From NCBI GenBank assembly GCA_945870105.1, contig CAMBRL010000003.1, positions 36-64,035 of the forward strand: a DNA stretch of 64,000 bases, read 5' to 3'. The position numbers and the translations under genes were made by a program. Shown here piece after piece: positions 39,617-48,663 of the stretch. The notes under the pieces were generated by a model. The model saw only the letters and a list, made by a program, of their open reading frames with translations, ran no database searches and had not been told where the DNA came from. How positions within the stretch are numbered: the first letter of the stretch is position 1; each line of letters starts with the position of its first letter. Source of the DNA: Chitinophaga pinensis (GTDB lineage: Bacteria; Bacteroidota; Bacteroidia; SXHM01).

Positions 39617-40615
39617 ATGAAAATAACAACTACGGCTCGGTCTATTATAGTTTTAAATTTTTTCTTAGTAGCTCTTTCTTTAAGTGCGCAAGTTAATCTG
39701 GTGCCGAATCCGAGTTTTGAGGAATATACAAATTGTCCAGTTGGACCAAGTGAAATTTATAGAACAACTTTTTGGGAGCAACCAACAGAAGGTACTTGTG
39801 ATTATTTTAATGAATGTTGTGTTTCTTCTTTTCCGTTGATTGAACCCCCCTCTGTTGGAATTCCATATAATCAGTTGGGTATTCAAGCAGCAAGAACAGG
39901 GAGTGCTTATGCTGGCATTATTGTTCATGAAGACTATGACACGACTCATTTATACAGAGAGTATCTACAAGTTCGATTGATTAACCCAATGATAACAGGG
40001 AATCAATACTTAATTAAATTCTTTGTTTCATTGTCAGATTTTTCTTCAAAATTTTCAAATGGAATTGGAGCATATTTTTCAACAACACAAATTCAACAAT
40101 CAAATCATTTTCCATTTCCTTATACTCCGCAAATAAATGCTTCAGGAATGATTAATAATTATGAGGATTGGACTGAAATAACAGAAACTTTTACCCCGGA
40201 CTCGGCATTTGAATATCTTACAATTGGAAATTTTTATCAGCCATTTACCTATCTTCTTGATACTTTCACAGCACAAATAGATTCCTTTACTCTCCCATTG
40301 CCAATGATCTATTATTATATTGATGATGTTTCAGTAATATCATTAGACACAACATCTGGACTATCCGAAACAGAAAAACCAAAACTTAAGATCTTCCCCA
40401 ACCCTGCGAGCAACCAAGTTACTATTGAGCAGTTATCGGTAAGCGGTAATCAGTTGTCGGTTGAGGTTTATGATGCGCTTGGGCGGCTTGTCACCCTGAG
40501 CATAGTCGAAGGGCAAACATCAACCATTCCTTTAAACCTTTCAAAAGGTGTTTACCTGCTCAGGGTAAAAGAAAAAGAGGAAGTGGTGTTTTGGGAGAAG
40601 CTTATGGTGGAGTAA
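39617..40615 (+). CDS. T9SS cargo protein (NLVPNPSFE N-terminal domain)
   Basis: Signal peptide, NLVPNPSFE, REYLQ, IGNF, YYYIDDV, IFPNPA CTD; AT-rich. Confidence 0.82.
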   Translation: MKITTTARSIIVLNFFLVALSLSAQVNLVPNPSFEEYTNCPVGPSEIYRTTFWEQPTEGTCDYFNECCVSSFPLIEPPSVGIPYNQLGIQAARTGSAYAGIIVHEDYDTTHLYREYLQVRLINPMITGNQYLIKFFVSLSDFSSKFSNGIGAYFSTTQIQQSNHFPFPYTPQINASGMINNYEDWTEITETFTPDSAFEYLTIGNFYQPFTYLLDTFTAQIDSFTLPLPMIYYYIDDVSVISLDTTSGLSETEKPKLKIFPNPASNQVTIEQLSVSGNQLSVEVYDALGRLVTLSIVEGQTSTIPLNLSKGVYLLRVKEKEEVVFWEKLMVE

Positions 40616-41330
40616 CCTGGTTCTTTGTTTTTTCCGCTTTTGATTTTTCAGAGTTTTTACGGTATTGCCGTTGTTTTGCCTTGTTTTCTTCAAACGTTAT
40701 TTTTGAAGCTATATCAAGGTTTTTAATAATGGCCCAGATGTCGTTGAGTTTTTTAGTGCGGCCAGCTGTCATTTCCAGGCGGCTTATTTTTTTTGTTTCC
40801 TGTTCCAGGTTTAAATCGTTTAGCGTTTGGGCTGTGGTTTTTATATCCGTGATTTGCAGCGCTGAAAATCCGGCAGCTATCAGGGCAGTTCTGTAGGGTT
40901 CGGCATTGGCTTTTTCGTAGGTAACTTCCATGCTCTGCTGCATGCCTGTTTGGCTATAGCGGTTAGCGAGGTAAAGCGCATAGCCCATCAGTTCGCGCGC
41001 TTTTTTATTTTCGGGAAAAGCCAGCTGCGCATAACGGAAAAGCCGCAACATTTGCAGGCGGGCCGTGTGCATTTGCTTGTTTACAGCCTGAGTAGCCAAA
41101 CGCTGGTCGGTTTTTACTTCCTCATCTGAGGGGGCATCATCGGCATCGTTTATCTTTGCCAGAAAACCGGCAAGCCAGATGGCATCCATGGTAGGGAAAT
41201 CAAGGGTGAAAAGGGCAAGGTCGCCATCGATGCCGTTGGTGCCATAAAGAAGCGAATGTACTATTCGGGCCTGCTGTATCAGCAGTTCAGCAGGCTTGCG
41301 AAAGACCCTTTTACTTTGTTTTTTACCCAT
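40602..41330 (-). CDS. Uncharacterised helical protein, homolog of 23556-24542
   Basis: 242-aa ORF preceded by TATATTTG promoter; manual alignment to the 328-aa ORF. Confidence 0.8.
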   Translation of the reverse strand: MGKKQSKRVFRKPAELLIQQARIVHSLLYGTNGIDGDLALFTLDFPTMDAIWLAGFLAKINDADDAPSDEEVKTDQRLATQAVNKQMHTARLQMLRLFRYAQLAFPENKKARELMGYALYLANRYSQTGMQQSMEVTYEKANAEPYRTALIAAGFSALQITDIKTTAQTLNDLNLEQETKKISRLEMTAGRTKKLNDIWAIIKNLDIASKITFEENKAKQRQYRKNSEKSKAEKTKNQVTPP

Positions 41331-41353
41331 AAATGTATATTTTAAAGTAGGAA

Positions 41354-41361
41354 CAAATATA
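41354..41361 (-). promoter_or_regulatory. Bacteroidota -7 element TATATTTG for the 242-aa gene
   Basis: CAAATATA on plus strand, 23 nt upstream of the ATG. Confidence 0.6.
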
Positions 41362-41400
41362 ATTCATTCAGATTTATTAACAGCATAGTCAGATTTATTT

Positions 41401-41590
41401 TATTCTTATTCTATAATTAATAATTCATTATTTGATTATATATATTCGTATTATAATTTAAAATATTCCTAATTATATTTATACTTATTCTTATTATAAT
41501 ATATAGTATTCGTAAAATGATTTACTATATTCCTGATATGATATTATAAATACTCAAAACATTTTACTTCATTCCTATACTAATTATACA
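41401..41590. repeat. 21-bp-period array 2 (9 units, core TATTCNTA)
   Basis: ATTC at 41402, 41423, 41444, 41465, 41487, 41508, 41529, (ATAC 41550), 41571. Confidence 0.8.
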
Positions 41591-41763
41591 GTGATGGGTA
41601 ATGAAAAACTATTGACCACTAACTATTGACTGTTGCCTATGTTTCAACCTTTAATGGTTAATAAAATGGTTATCAGCCCTATTGGACTTAAAACAAAAGT
41701 TTATAGCTTTGTTTTATAAACCGCTCCCCCGCCTTAGGCGAGGGACTCTAAAACCCCAAAACA

Positions 41764-42183
41764 ATGAATACAAAAGTTTTACTTGGCGCATTAGCCTCAA
41801 CCGTAGTAGTCTTTTTAGGAGGCTGGCTTATTTTCGGAATGTTATTAATGGATATGATGGCAGGCGAGATGTCGCACGCCTATGATGGTTTAATGAAAAA
41901 CCCGCCCGATCTGCCTATGCTGGCCGGATGGCAGCTTTGTTGGAGCCTTATGCTTGCTTTTGTTCTTGACAAAATGGGCAAGAAATCATTTATGGATGCT
42001 TTGATGACGGGCGCTATGCTTAGCTTTTTGTTGGTGTTGGGCTACGATTTGTCGTTTGTGGCATTTTTTGTTGACATGTACACCACCAAATTGTTGGTTA
42101 TCGACATAGTGGTAAACACCATTTTGTGGGGACTTGCCTGCGGTGTTATTGGCTTAGTGTTGGGCACCGGAAATAAAGATTAA
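41764..42183 (+). CDS. Four-TM membrane protein (DUF1761-like)
   Basis: Four hydrophobic segments, FLGGWLIFG; TAGCTTTG promoter at 41704. Confidence 0.7.
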   Translation: MNTKVLLGALASTVVVFLGGWLIFGMLLMDMMAGEMSHAYDGLMKNPPDLPMLAGWQLCWSLMLAFVLDKMGKKSFMDALMTGAMLSFLLVLGYDLSFVAFFVDMYTTKLLVIDIVVNTILWGLACGVIGLVLGTGNKD

Positions 42184-42443
42184 CCCTTTTTCCAACGTTC
42201 AAGTTTTGGGATTCCCCTGGTAAAAAAGCCTGCCAGAAACCCGGGGAATCCCATTTCTTTTAGCTTTTCTTTTACGCGTTCCTGCATTTTGGGTATGGTC
42301 ATATCGGGTATGGTAAATTTTCCGTTTTCGTAGCAATGGCTGCAATACATCCCGCTTTTAGTTCCGTCAGCATTTGTTCCTCCGCCTTTTTCGTCTTTGT
42401 TAAGCGGCATTCCACAGCTCTGGTAATTTTTGTAGGTTTTCAT
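42180..42443 (-). CDS. Zinc-ribbon domain protein
   Basis: QSCGMPL, GTNADG, YCSHCYENGKF, LERW. Confidence 0.85.
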   Translation of the reverse strand: MKTYKNYQSCGMPLNKDEKGGGTNADGTKSGMYCSHCYENGKFTIPDMTIPKMQERVKEKLKEMGFPGFLAGFFTRGIPKLERWKKG

Positions 42444-42449
42444 GATTGT

Positions 42450-42791
42450 TTATACTAAAGTTTCAGCTACTTTTTTAGACAAGCCTGCGCGCACCAATTC
42501 ATAACTCTGTCTTATATAATGTTCCCACTCGCGCTCCGAAAAGCGGCTGTCGTTTTCAACTAAAATCCATTTGTAGCGTGCAAGATAAGGAGCGGGAATA
42601 ATGCCCTGTGAGGTTGAAAGTTCGGCAAACTCTTCGTCATTCACCTTTAAGCAAACTTTAAAATTTCCCGACAAGCCGGTAACGCAAAACATCTTTTTAC
42701 CTACGCAGAAACACAAATCATTTCCCCACTTTACCTCTTCGGTTGCATGAGAAAAAGACAGGCACAGCTTGCGTAGTTTTTCAATGTTCAT
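42450..42791 (-). CDS. MmcQ/YjbR family DNA-binding protein
   Basis: KWGNDLCFCVGKKMF, PAPYLARYKW, SYELV. Confidence 0.9.
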   Translation of the reverse strand: MNIEKLRKLCLSFSHATEEVKWGNDLCFCVGKKMFCVTGLSGNFKVCLKVNDEEFAELSTSQGIIPAPYLARYKWILVENDSRFSEREWEHYIRQSYELVRAGLSKKVAETLV

Positions 42792-42794
42792 AGA

Positions 42795-43520
42795 CTACAA
42801 TACTAAAACAATTTCTTTATCCTTCAATAATTCATCACCGCGGTAAGAGAGATAAAGCTGTGCAACGGTAAGCGTGTCTTTGCAACAATAGGTGGCTATG
42901 CGCGGCAAATCTTTTTCCTGCCAGTAAACGCGGTGCACATCACTGCCCTGCATATCATCTTTAGGCGTGGGAATATTGAACAGCGCAGCAAGCAGCGTTA
43001 ACGAAGTATAGTGTTTGTAATCGCCAAAGCGCCAAAGCTGCATGGTATCAAGTAAGGTATTTTCCCAGGGCTTTTTGCCGCCCACATCTAACACAAACGG
43101 AATTTTAATTTTGTTTACCAGCATTCTGCGCGCCAAAAAAGGAAAGTCAAATTCTTTTCCGTTGTGAGCACACAACAAGTGCTCGGTGCCGTTAAAATGT
43201 TTGTTCAGTAGCGCGGCAAAATCCTGGAGCAATTGTTTCTCATCATCGCCATAAAAAGCGGTAAGACGAAATTCCCTTTTCTTCTTCGCGTTGGGATTAA
43301 AAAAGCCAACTCCTATGCAAATTATTTTTCCGAACTCGGCATAAATACCTGCACGGTTGTATAGCAACTCTGGCGTATCCTCTTCTGATTTTTTCAGAAA
43401 GCCTGCTTTATGATTCCACAACTCTTTCATTTGCGGTGAAAGCTTGTTATAGCCATTAACACCCGGAACAGTTTCAATGTCCAGAAACAATACATCGTGT
43501 ATGTTAATGTTTTCTAACAC
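42795..43520 (-). CDS. PolB-like 3'-5' exonuclease
   Basis: FLDIETVP, AHNGKEFDFPF, DTMQLW, YCCKD. Confidence 0.9.
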   Translation of the reverse strand: MLENINIHDVLFLDIETVPGVNGYNKLSPQMKELWNHKAGFLKKSEEDTPELLYNRAGIYAEFGKIICIGVGFFNPNAKKKREFRLTAFYGDDEKQLLQDFAALLNKHFNGTEHLLCAHNGKEFDFPFLARRMLVNKIKIPFVLDVGGKKPWENTLLDTMQLWRFGDYKHYTSLTLLAALFNIPTPKDDMQGSDVHRVYWQEKDLPRIATYCCKDTLTVAQLYLSYRGDELLKDKEIVLVL

Positions 43521-43524
43521 TTGC

Positions 43525-43929
43525 TTACTTAATCATTACGCCCGCGGTTTCTAGAACGGGAATGTGGGTGAAATTGTCTTCAATAATGCTTTCAGGAAGA
43601 AATATATATTTCTTATCGTAAATGGTTTTGCCGATGTAAAAACTCACCCAGTACTCGTTACTCAAACCAAAAACATTATCCATAAGCAGTTCAATCTTCA
43701 TGGCGCTCATGGGCGGAACATCTTCCAGAAAGTGGCGCAGGGTTGAGGTTTTTATTTCTTCATTATCCAGCATTCCATAGCCGCGCGAAGTAACGAGCAC
43801 ATGATGTACCATTACATTTTTCAGGTTCAGAAAATAGGCATACCAGTCTTCTTCGCCCAACTCATTTGTTTGTTTCACCACTGCTACCGCAATGTCTTCC
43901 ACCTCGGGATGTTCAATATCTTTTTTCAT
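43525..43929 (-). CDS. Conserved Bacteroidota hypothetical protein
   Basis: MKKDI..P.V, SRGYG, TSTLRH, NEYWVSF, DKKYIF. Confidence 0.8.
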   Translation of the reverse strand: MKKDIEHPEVEDIAVAVVKQTNELGEEDWYAYFLNLKNVMVHHVLVTSRGYGMLDNEEIKTSTLRHFLEDVPPMSAMKIELLMDNVFGLSNEYWVSFYIGKTIYDKKYIFLPESIIEDNFTHIPVLETAGVMIK

Positions 43930-44010
43930 AATCGTAAATCAAAAATAAGGATATAGCCACAGATTACACAGATTAACACAGATTTTTTTCTTCTGTGCAA
44001 ATTAGTGTAA

Positions 44011-46140
44011 TCAGTGGCTCATCTCTTTTACAGCCTCAAAAACTTCTTCGTGCGGCAGCCTGCAAGTTTTATTTACACAAACGTAAATCATTGTTTTGCC
44101 TGCAACATATTTGCCTTCGGTTAGCGGAAGCGTGCTATTAGCATCGTGTTTTATTAAACCGCAGATTAATTTATTCGGAATAAAATGTTGTTCCATCTGC
44201 TCCAGTTTGTTCATTGCATTTTCACCACACACCACCACTTCATAAAACGGAAAAACATGATTCAGTTCCAGCATCGCCCAGTTGGAATAAGCCGGTCCGT
44301 AAGGCGCAATGGAAGGAATAATATTCTTCAGCATCTGCTCAGAAGTTTGCAGGTAATGCTCGTCATCAAACAATTTACCTAATACAAATAAGCTGCGCGC
44401 AAGCGATGAATTAGAAGCAGGAATAACATTGTCGTTGATTTCGCACTTCCGCGTGATCAACACATCATCTTCATCCGAGGTGAAGAAAAATAACTTGCTG
44501 TTTTTATCCTGAAAGTGAGTGAAACAATAATCCGTTAATTGCTTTGCTTCTGTTAACCATTTACTGTCAAGTGTTACTTCATATAAAGCAATGAATGCCT
44601 CAATCGTAAAACAATAATCTTCCAGAAAGCCATTGATAGTTGATTTCCCATTTTTGTAATTATGCCACAAACCGCCATCAGTTTTCTTTTGTTTTTTCAA
44701 AATAAAATTAGCGTTGGCAACAGCAGTGTTCAGAAATTTCTCTTCACCAAAAACACGGTAAGCATCTACATAACCCTTTAACATCAACGCATTCCACGAT
44801 GTCAGTTGCTTATCATCCAATCCCGGACGAATGCGTTTAGCTCGCTCTGCAAGTAAAATATTTTTTACTGACTGCGCTTTTTCTTTCAACTCAGTTAGTG
44901 AAAAGCCATGCGAATTTGCAAATGCTTCATCAGGTATAGTTCGCAACAAAATATAATTCCCGTGTTCCCATAAACCGGTTTCGTTGATGTTGTAATAATC
45001 AGCAATCCAATCATAATCCTTTTTCAAATGTTGTTGCAATTCTTCTTTTGTCCACACATAAAATTTTCCTTCCTCGCCTTCGCTATCGGCATCCAGCGCT
45101 GAATAAAAAGCATTTTCAGACGAAGCCATTTCACGTTCAATAAACTCCAGCGTTTGAAAAACCACCTCTTTGTAAAGTGTATTTTTTGTGAGTTGGTATG
45201 CTTCGGAATAAAGCGAAACTAATTGCGCATTGTCGTATAACATCTTTTCAAAGTGCGGAACTTTCCAGTAGCGGTCGGTGCTGTAGCGTGCAAAGCCTCC
45301 GCCTATCTGGTCGTAAATTCCACCGAAAGCCATTTTCTCTAGCGTAAGATTTACATGCTTCAGTAGTTCCTCGTCTTTCTTCAAATGAGCATAGTGCAAT
45401 AAAAACTGATAATTATTCGGTATCGGAAATTTTGGTGCTTTGTCAGGACCGCCATCAACATTATCAAAACGCTTCTGCCAGTTTTCCATCATTTTTTCCA
45501 AATCCGAAACATGAAAAGCGGAAGGAGAAGTATTCATTTCCATCCAATCACTCTGCCGAATACCTGCGCTCAGTTTCTCGGCATACTCAATTACTTTTTC
45601 GGGTTGTGTGCGGTAAAGGTTATCTATATTCTGCAAAATCTGCATCCAGTTTTGCTTCGGAAAATAAGTGCCTCCATAAACCGGTCTTCCGTCAGGCAGA
45701 GCAAAACAGTTGAGCGGCCAACCGCCTTGTCCGTTCATCAGTTGCACCGCAGTCATGTAAACAGCATCTATATTGGGACGCTCCTCACGGTCAACTTTTA
45801 TGCAAACGAAATGTGCGTTCATCAATGCAGCCACTTCTTCATTTTCAAAGCTCTCATGCTCCATAACATGACACCAGTGGCAAGCCGAATAACCGATGCT
45901 GATGAGCAAAGGTTTATTTTCATCTTTGGCTTTCTTCAATGCCTCATCGCCCCAGGGAAACCAGTTCACAGGGTTATGTGCATGTTGCAGCAGGTAAGGA
46001 CTGCTTTCGTTTATAAGTGCGTTGGTGTGTTTATGGTTTGTGTCGGTCATTTCAGTTCTTTGGGAGCAAGATAACAAAAGAGAAATTGTTGCAAGGCACG
46101 AAAGTATTTCAACTAATTTTGTTCGACCAATTTTCATCAA
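44011..46140 (-). CDS. YyaL/SSP411 thioredoxin-domain protein (DUF255)
   Basis: [38 protein letters not shown]. Confidence 0.94.
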   Translation of the reverse strand: MMKIGRTKLVEILSCLATISLLLSCSQRTEMTDTNHKHTNALINESSPYLLQHAHNPVNWFPWGDEALKKAKDENKPLLISIGYSACHWCHVMEHESFENEEVAALMNAHFVCIKVDREERPNIDAVYMTAVQLMNGQGGWPLNCFALPDGRPVYGGTYFPKQNWMQILQNIDNLYRTQPEKVIEYAEKLSAGIRQSDWMEMNTSPSAFHVSDLEKMMENWQKRFDNVDGGPDKAPKFPIPNNYQFLLHYAHLKKDEELLKHVNLTLEKMAFGGIYDQIGGGFARYSTDRYWKVPHFEKMLYDNAQLVSLYSEAYQLTKNTLYKEVVFQTLEFIEREMASSENAFYSALDADSEGEEGKFYVWTKEELQQHLKKDYDWIADYYNINETGLWEHGNYILLRTIPDEAFANSHGFSLTELKEKAQSVKNILLAERAKRIRPGLDDKQLTSWNALMLKGYVDAYRVFGEEKFLNTAVANANFILKKQKKTDGGLWHNYKNGKSTINGFLEDYCFTIEAFIALYEVTLDSKWLTEAKQLTDYCFTHFQDKNSKLFFFTSDEDDVLITRKCEINDNVIPASNSSLARSLFVLGKLFDDEHYLQTSEQMLKNIIPSIAPYGPAYSNWAMLELNHVFPFYEVVVCGENAMNKLEQMEQHFIPNKLICGLIKHDANSTLPLTEGKYVAGKTMIYVCVNKTCRLPHEEVFEAVKEMSH

Positions 46141-46144
46141 AAAA

Positions 46145-47071
46145 GTGTTTCAACAGCAACAAATCATTCCGCAAGATAGCACCGCAAAGCAAACAGTGCA
46201 GAAAGATTTATTATTGGATAGTTTGAAAAAAGTCCCGACAACTATGGGGGTTGTAAAAACTGATGTGCCTAAACCAAAGCCAGCACAAGCAGAAGAAACA
46301 CTAGTAGTAGTTGATACTCTTCCCAAACAGGATACCATCATTGCAGAAGTTCCTGCGGTTTCATTATTCACAGGGCATCAACTGAAACCAGCTCATCAAA
46401 CTCCGCTAGAAAAAACCGATTTTTTTCCCGGCTGGATAACTGTTTTATTGTTGGCTTGTGTTTTAATTATTGCATATCTCAGAGCATCGTACCCAAAACG
46501 GTTCACAGAATTTTTTCGCGCAGTTTTAGACATGCGTTTTGCTTCACAATTAGTGCGTGAAGAAAAGGTGCTTTCGCAACGGGTTTCTGTTTTTCTTACG
46601 ATTGTTTTTCTGTTCTCGTCTTCGTCTTTTCTTTTTCTTGTCAGCAACTATTTTAATATACAATTATTTTCCGGAGAAGGGTTTCTGGTGTTCGGCAAAA
46701 TTGCACTCACCATTTTTTTGTTATTCGCTTTCAGAATTCTTGTTTCGGAGCTAACGGGCTTTGTCTTTAATGCGCAAAATGAATTTTCGTTCTACAACTT
46801 TCATGTGTTTCTTTTTAATAAGGCTCTTGGCCTTGCACTTCTTCCAATAATTATTTGCCTGATATATGCTACGGCTTTTCCGCAGGCAGTTTTTATTTAT
46901 ACAGGAATTATTCTTTTTGCAACGAGTTATGTCGCCAGATTGATTCGGGGTTTAAATATCGGCTTGGCCAAACAAGGCTTTAATAAGTTCTATTTATTTT
47001 TCTATTTTTGCACCCTCGAAATTTTGCCGGCTGCTGTGTTAGCGAAAATTATTTTAAGGTACACAGCCTAA
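46145..47071 (+). CDS. DUF4271 family membrane protein
   Basis: Multi-[16 protein letters not shown]; upstream of hemD-like gene; start uncertain (GTG 46145 avoids overlap with YyaL). Confidence 0.75.
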   Translation: MFQQQQIIPQDSTAKQTVQKDLLLDSLKKVPTTMGVVKTDVPKPKPAQAEETLVVVDTLPKQDTIIAEVPAVSLFTGHQLKPAHQTPLEKTDFFPGWITVLLLACVLIIAYLRASYPKRFTEFFRAVLDMRFASQLVREEKVLSQRVSVFLTIVFLFSSSSFLFLVSNYFNIQLFSGEGFLVFGKIALTIFLLFAFRILVSELTGFVFNAQNEFSFYNFHVFLFNKALGLALLPIIICLIYATAFPQAVFIYTGIILFATSYVARLIRGLNIGLAKQGFNKFYLFFYFCTLEILPAAVLAKIILRYTA

Positions 47072-47099
47072 AAATGCAAAATTTTGTTGGTTAAGGTGC

Positions 47100-47888
47100 A
47101 TGGGTAAACAACTACAAAAGGCCGTAAAAGTAAAGGTTAAGGAGAAGGTTAAGTCAATTCTTGTTTCGCAGCCCAAACCAGAAACAGATAAGTCGCCTTA
47201 CTTTGATCTGGCAAAAAAGCACAACGTAAAAATCGATTTCCGCCCGTTCATTCATGTTGAAGCAATTTCGGCTGCCGAGTTTCGTAAAGACAGAATTCAT
47301 TTTCCCGATTACACAGCAGTTATTATGACTAGCCGTAATGCGGTTGATCATTTTTTCCGCATGTGCAAAGAATTGCGCGTTTCTGTTCCCGAAACGCTGA
47401 AATATTTTTGCATCTCTGAAAGCACTGCTTTCTATCTGCAGAAATATGTGCTTTACCGCAAACGTAAAATTTTTTATGGCAAGCAAACATTCAACGACCT
47501 TATTGACATAATCAAGAAACACAAGGTCGAAAAATTTTTGTTGCCTTCTTCCGATATTCAAAAAGAAGAAATACCTGTGTTGTTGGAAAAAAACCACATT
47601 AAATTTACCCGTGCAGTTATTTACCGCACCGTTTGCAGCGACCTGAGTGACCTTGCAAACGTCAACTATGATGTATTGGTTTTCTTCAGTCCTGCAGGAA
47701 TAAAATCGTTGTTTCAGAACTTCCCGAAGTTCAAACAAAATAAAACACGCATTGCCGCTTTTGGCCCAACTACTTCACAGGCAGTAAAAGAAGCAGGTTT
47801 GTATCTTGACATCAGCGCTCCTGTTCCTGCTGCACCTTCCATGACAATGGCATTGGAGCAGTATATTAAGGAAGCGAATAAAAAATAA
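47100..47888 (+). CDS. hemD: Uroporphyrinogen-III synthase-like protein
   Basis: ILVSQPKP, DFRPFIHVE, TSRNAVDHFF, FFSPAGI. Confidence 0.8.
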   Translation: MGKQLQKAVKVKVKEKVKSILVSQPKPETDKSPYFDLAKKHNVKIDFRPFIHVEAISAAEFRKDRIHFPDYTAVIMTSRNAVDHFFRMCKELRVSVPETLKYFCISESTAFYLQKYVLYRKRKIFYGKQTFNDLIDIIKKHKVEKFLLPSSDIQKEEIPVLLEKNHIKFTRAVIYRTVCSDLSDLANVNYDVLVFFSPAGIKSLFQNFPKFKQNKTRIAAFGPTTSQAVKEAGLYLDISAPVPAAPSMTMALEQYIKEANKK

Positions 47889-47959
47889 TTCGAAAAAATT
47901 GTAAAAGACCCATCGTTTAAAACGCTGGGGCTTTTTTATTACTCAAAAATTTAAGTAAT

Positions 47960-47997
47960 AAAAAAGCCCCGCTGTGAACCTAAAACACAGCGGGGCT
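47960..47997 (-). terminator. Intrinsic terminator
   Basis: GCCCCGCTGTG/CACAGCGGGGC stem with U-tract on minus strand. Confidence 0.7.
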
Positions 47998-48018
47998 AAC
48001 ACATCAAACCTAAACCAA

Positions 48019-48396
48019 CTAAGAATTCAATGTTGCTTTTAATGCTTTTTTGTAAACTCTTCCGATAGGAACAGTAAACTGAATATTGTTGTCGCTGATG
48101 ATAAGGCTTGAACCTTTAATCAGGTGAATTTTTTCCATGTTCACGATAAATGAACGGTGTGTGCGCACAAAGTTATCACTTGGCAAACTATCGCACATAT
48201 CTTTCATAGTGCTAAGTGTTATATACTTTCCGGTAGTGGTTTTTATGATAACATAATCCGCTAGCGCTTTAATAAAAAGAATGTCGTCAGTTTTTAACTG
48301 GATAAGCTGGTAATTAGCTTTAATCATCAGGTTATCCGTTTGCTGTCTGCGCTCAGGCATTTGCTGGGGCATGTAGTTTGTTAGTGCTTGTCTCAT
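48019..48396 (-). CDS. Stand-alone LytTR DNA-binding protein
   Basis: KALADYV, FVRTHRSFIVN, PIGRVYK. Confidence 0.85.
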   Translation of the reverse strand: MRQALTNYMPQQMPERRQQTDNLMIKANYQLIQLKTDDILFIKALADYVIIKTTTGKYITLSTMKDMCDSLPSDNFVRTHRSFIVNMEKIHLIKGSSLIISDNNIQFTVPIGRVYKKALKATLNS

Positions 48397-48663
48397 CTTC
48401 TTATTTTATTAAATCGTTAATACTTATTTTATGTTGAAGAAGCTTTGCGTGTGTTTAAAACCAAATCACTTCAATTGCCTCTTATTACACATCGGGTTGT
48501 GGATAAGTTTTAGAAATTAGACTAATCAGGTTAATAACAAGACAAAAAACACCATTCTTTCCGTCCGAGTTTTAGATACCTTCCGATGAATGCCTCTTTT
48601 TTGTATTTTTGCCCGTTCCAAGCGGAAAACAAGACGAAAACCTGCTATATATTACGACCAATA

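Noticed and set aside
23556-41590. Prophage, integron or transposon explanation for the accessory segments
   Set aside because: No integrase, transposase, phage structural gene or clear terminal repeats; core genes (tsaB, rplU, metG) lie between the two modules.
46022-46144. Head-to-head overlap of YyaL and DUF4271 genes
   Set aside because: Disappears with a downstream in-frame GTG at 46145; likely start over-extension in the ORF track.
48498-48506. Perfect DnaA box TGTGGATAA as an origin
   Set aside because: Isolated single box without cluster or unwinding element; may be regulatory or chance.
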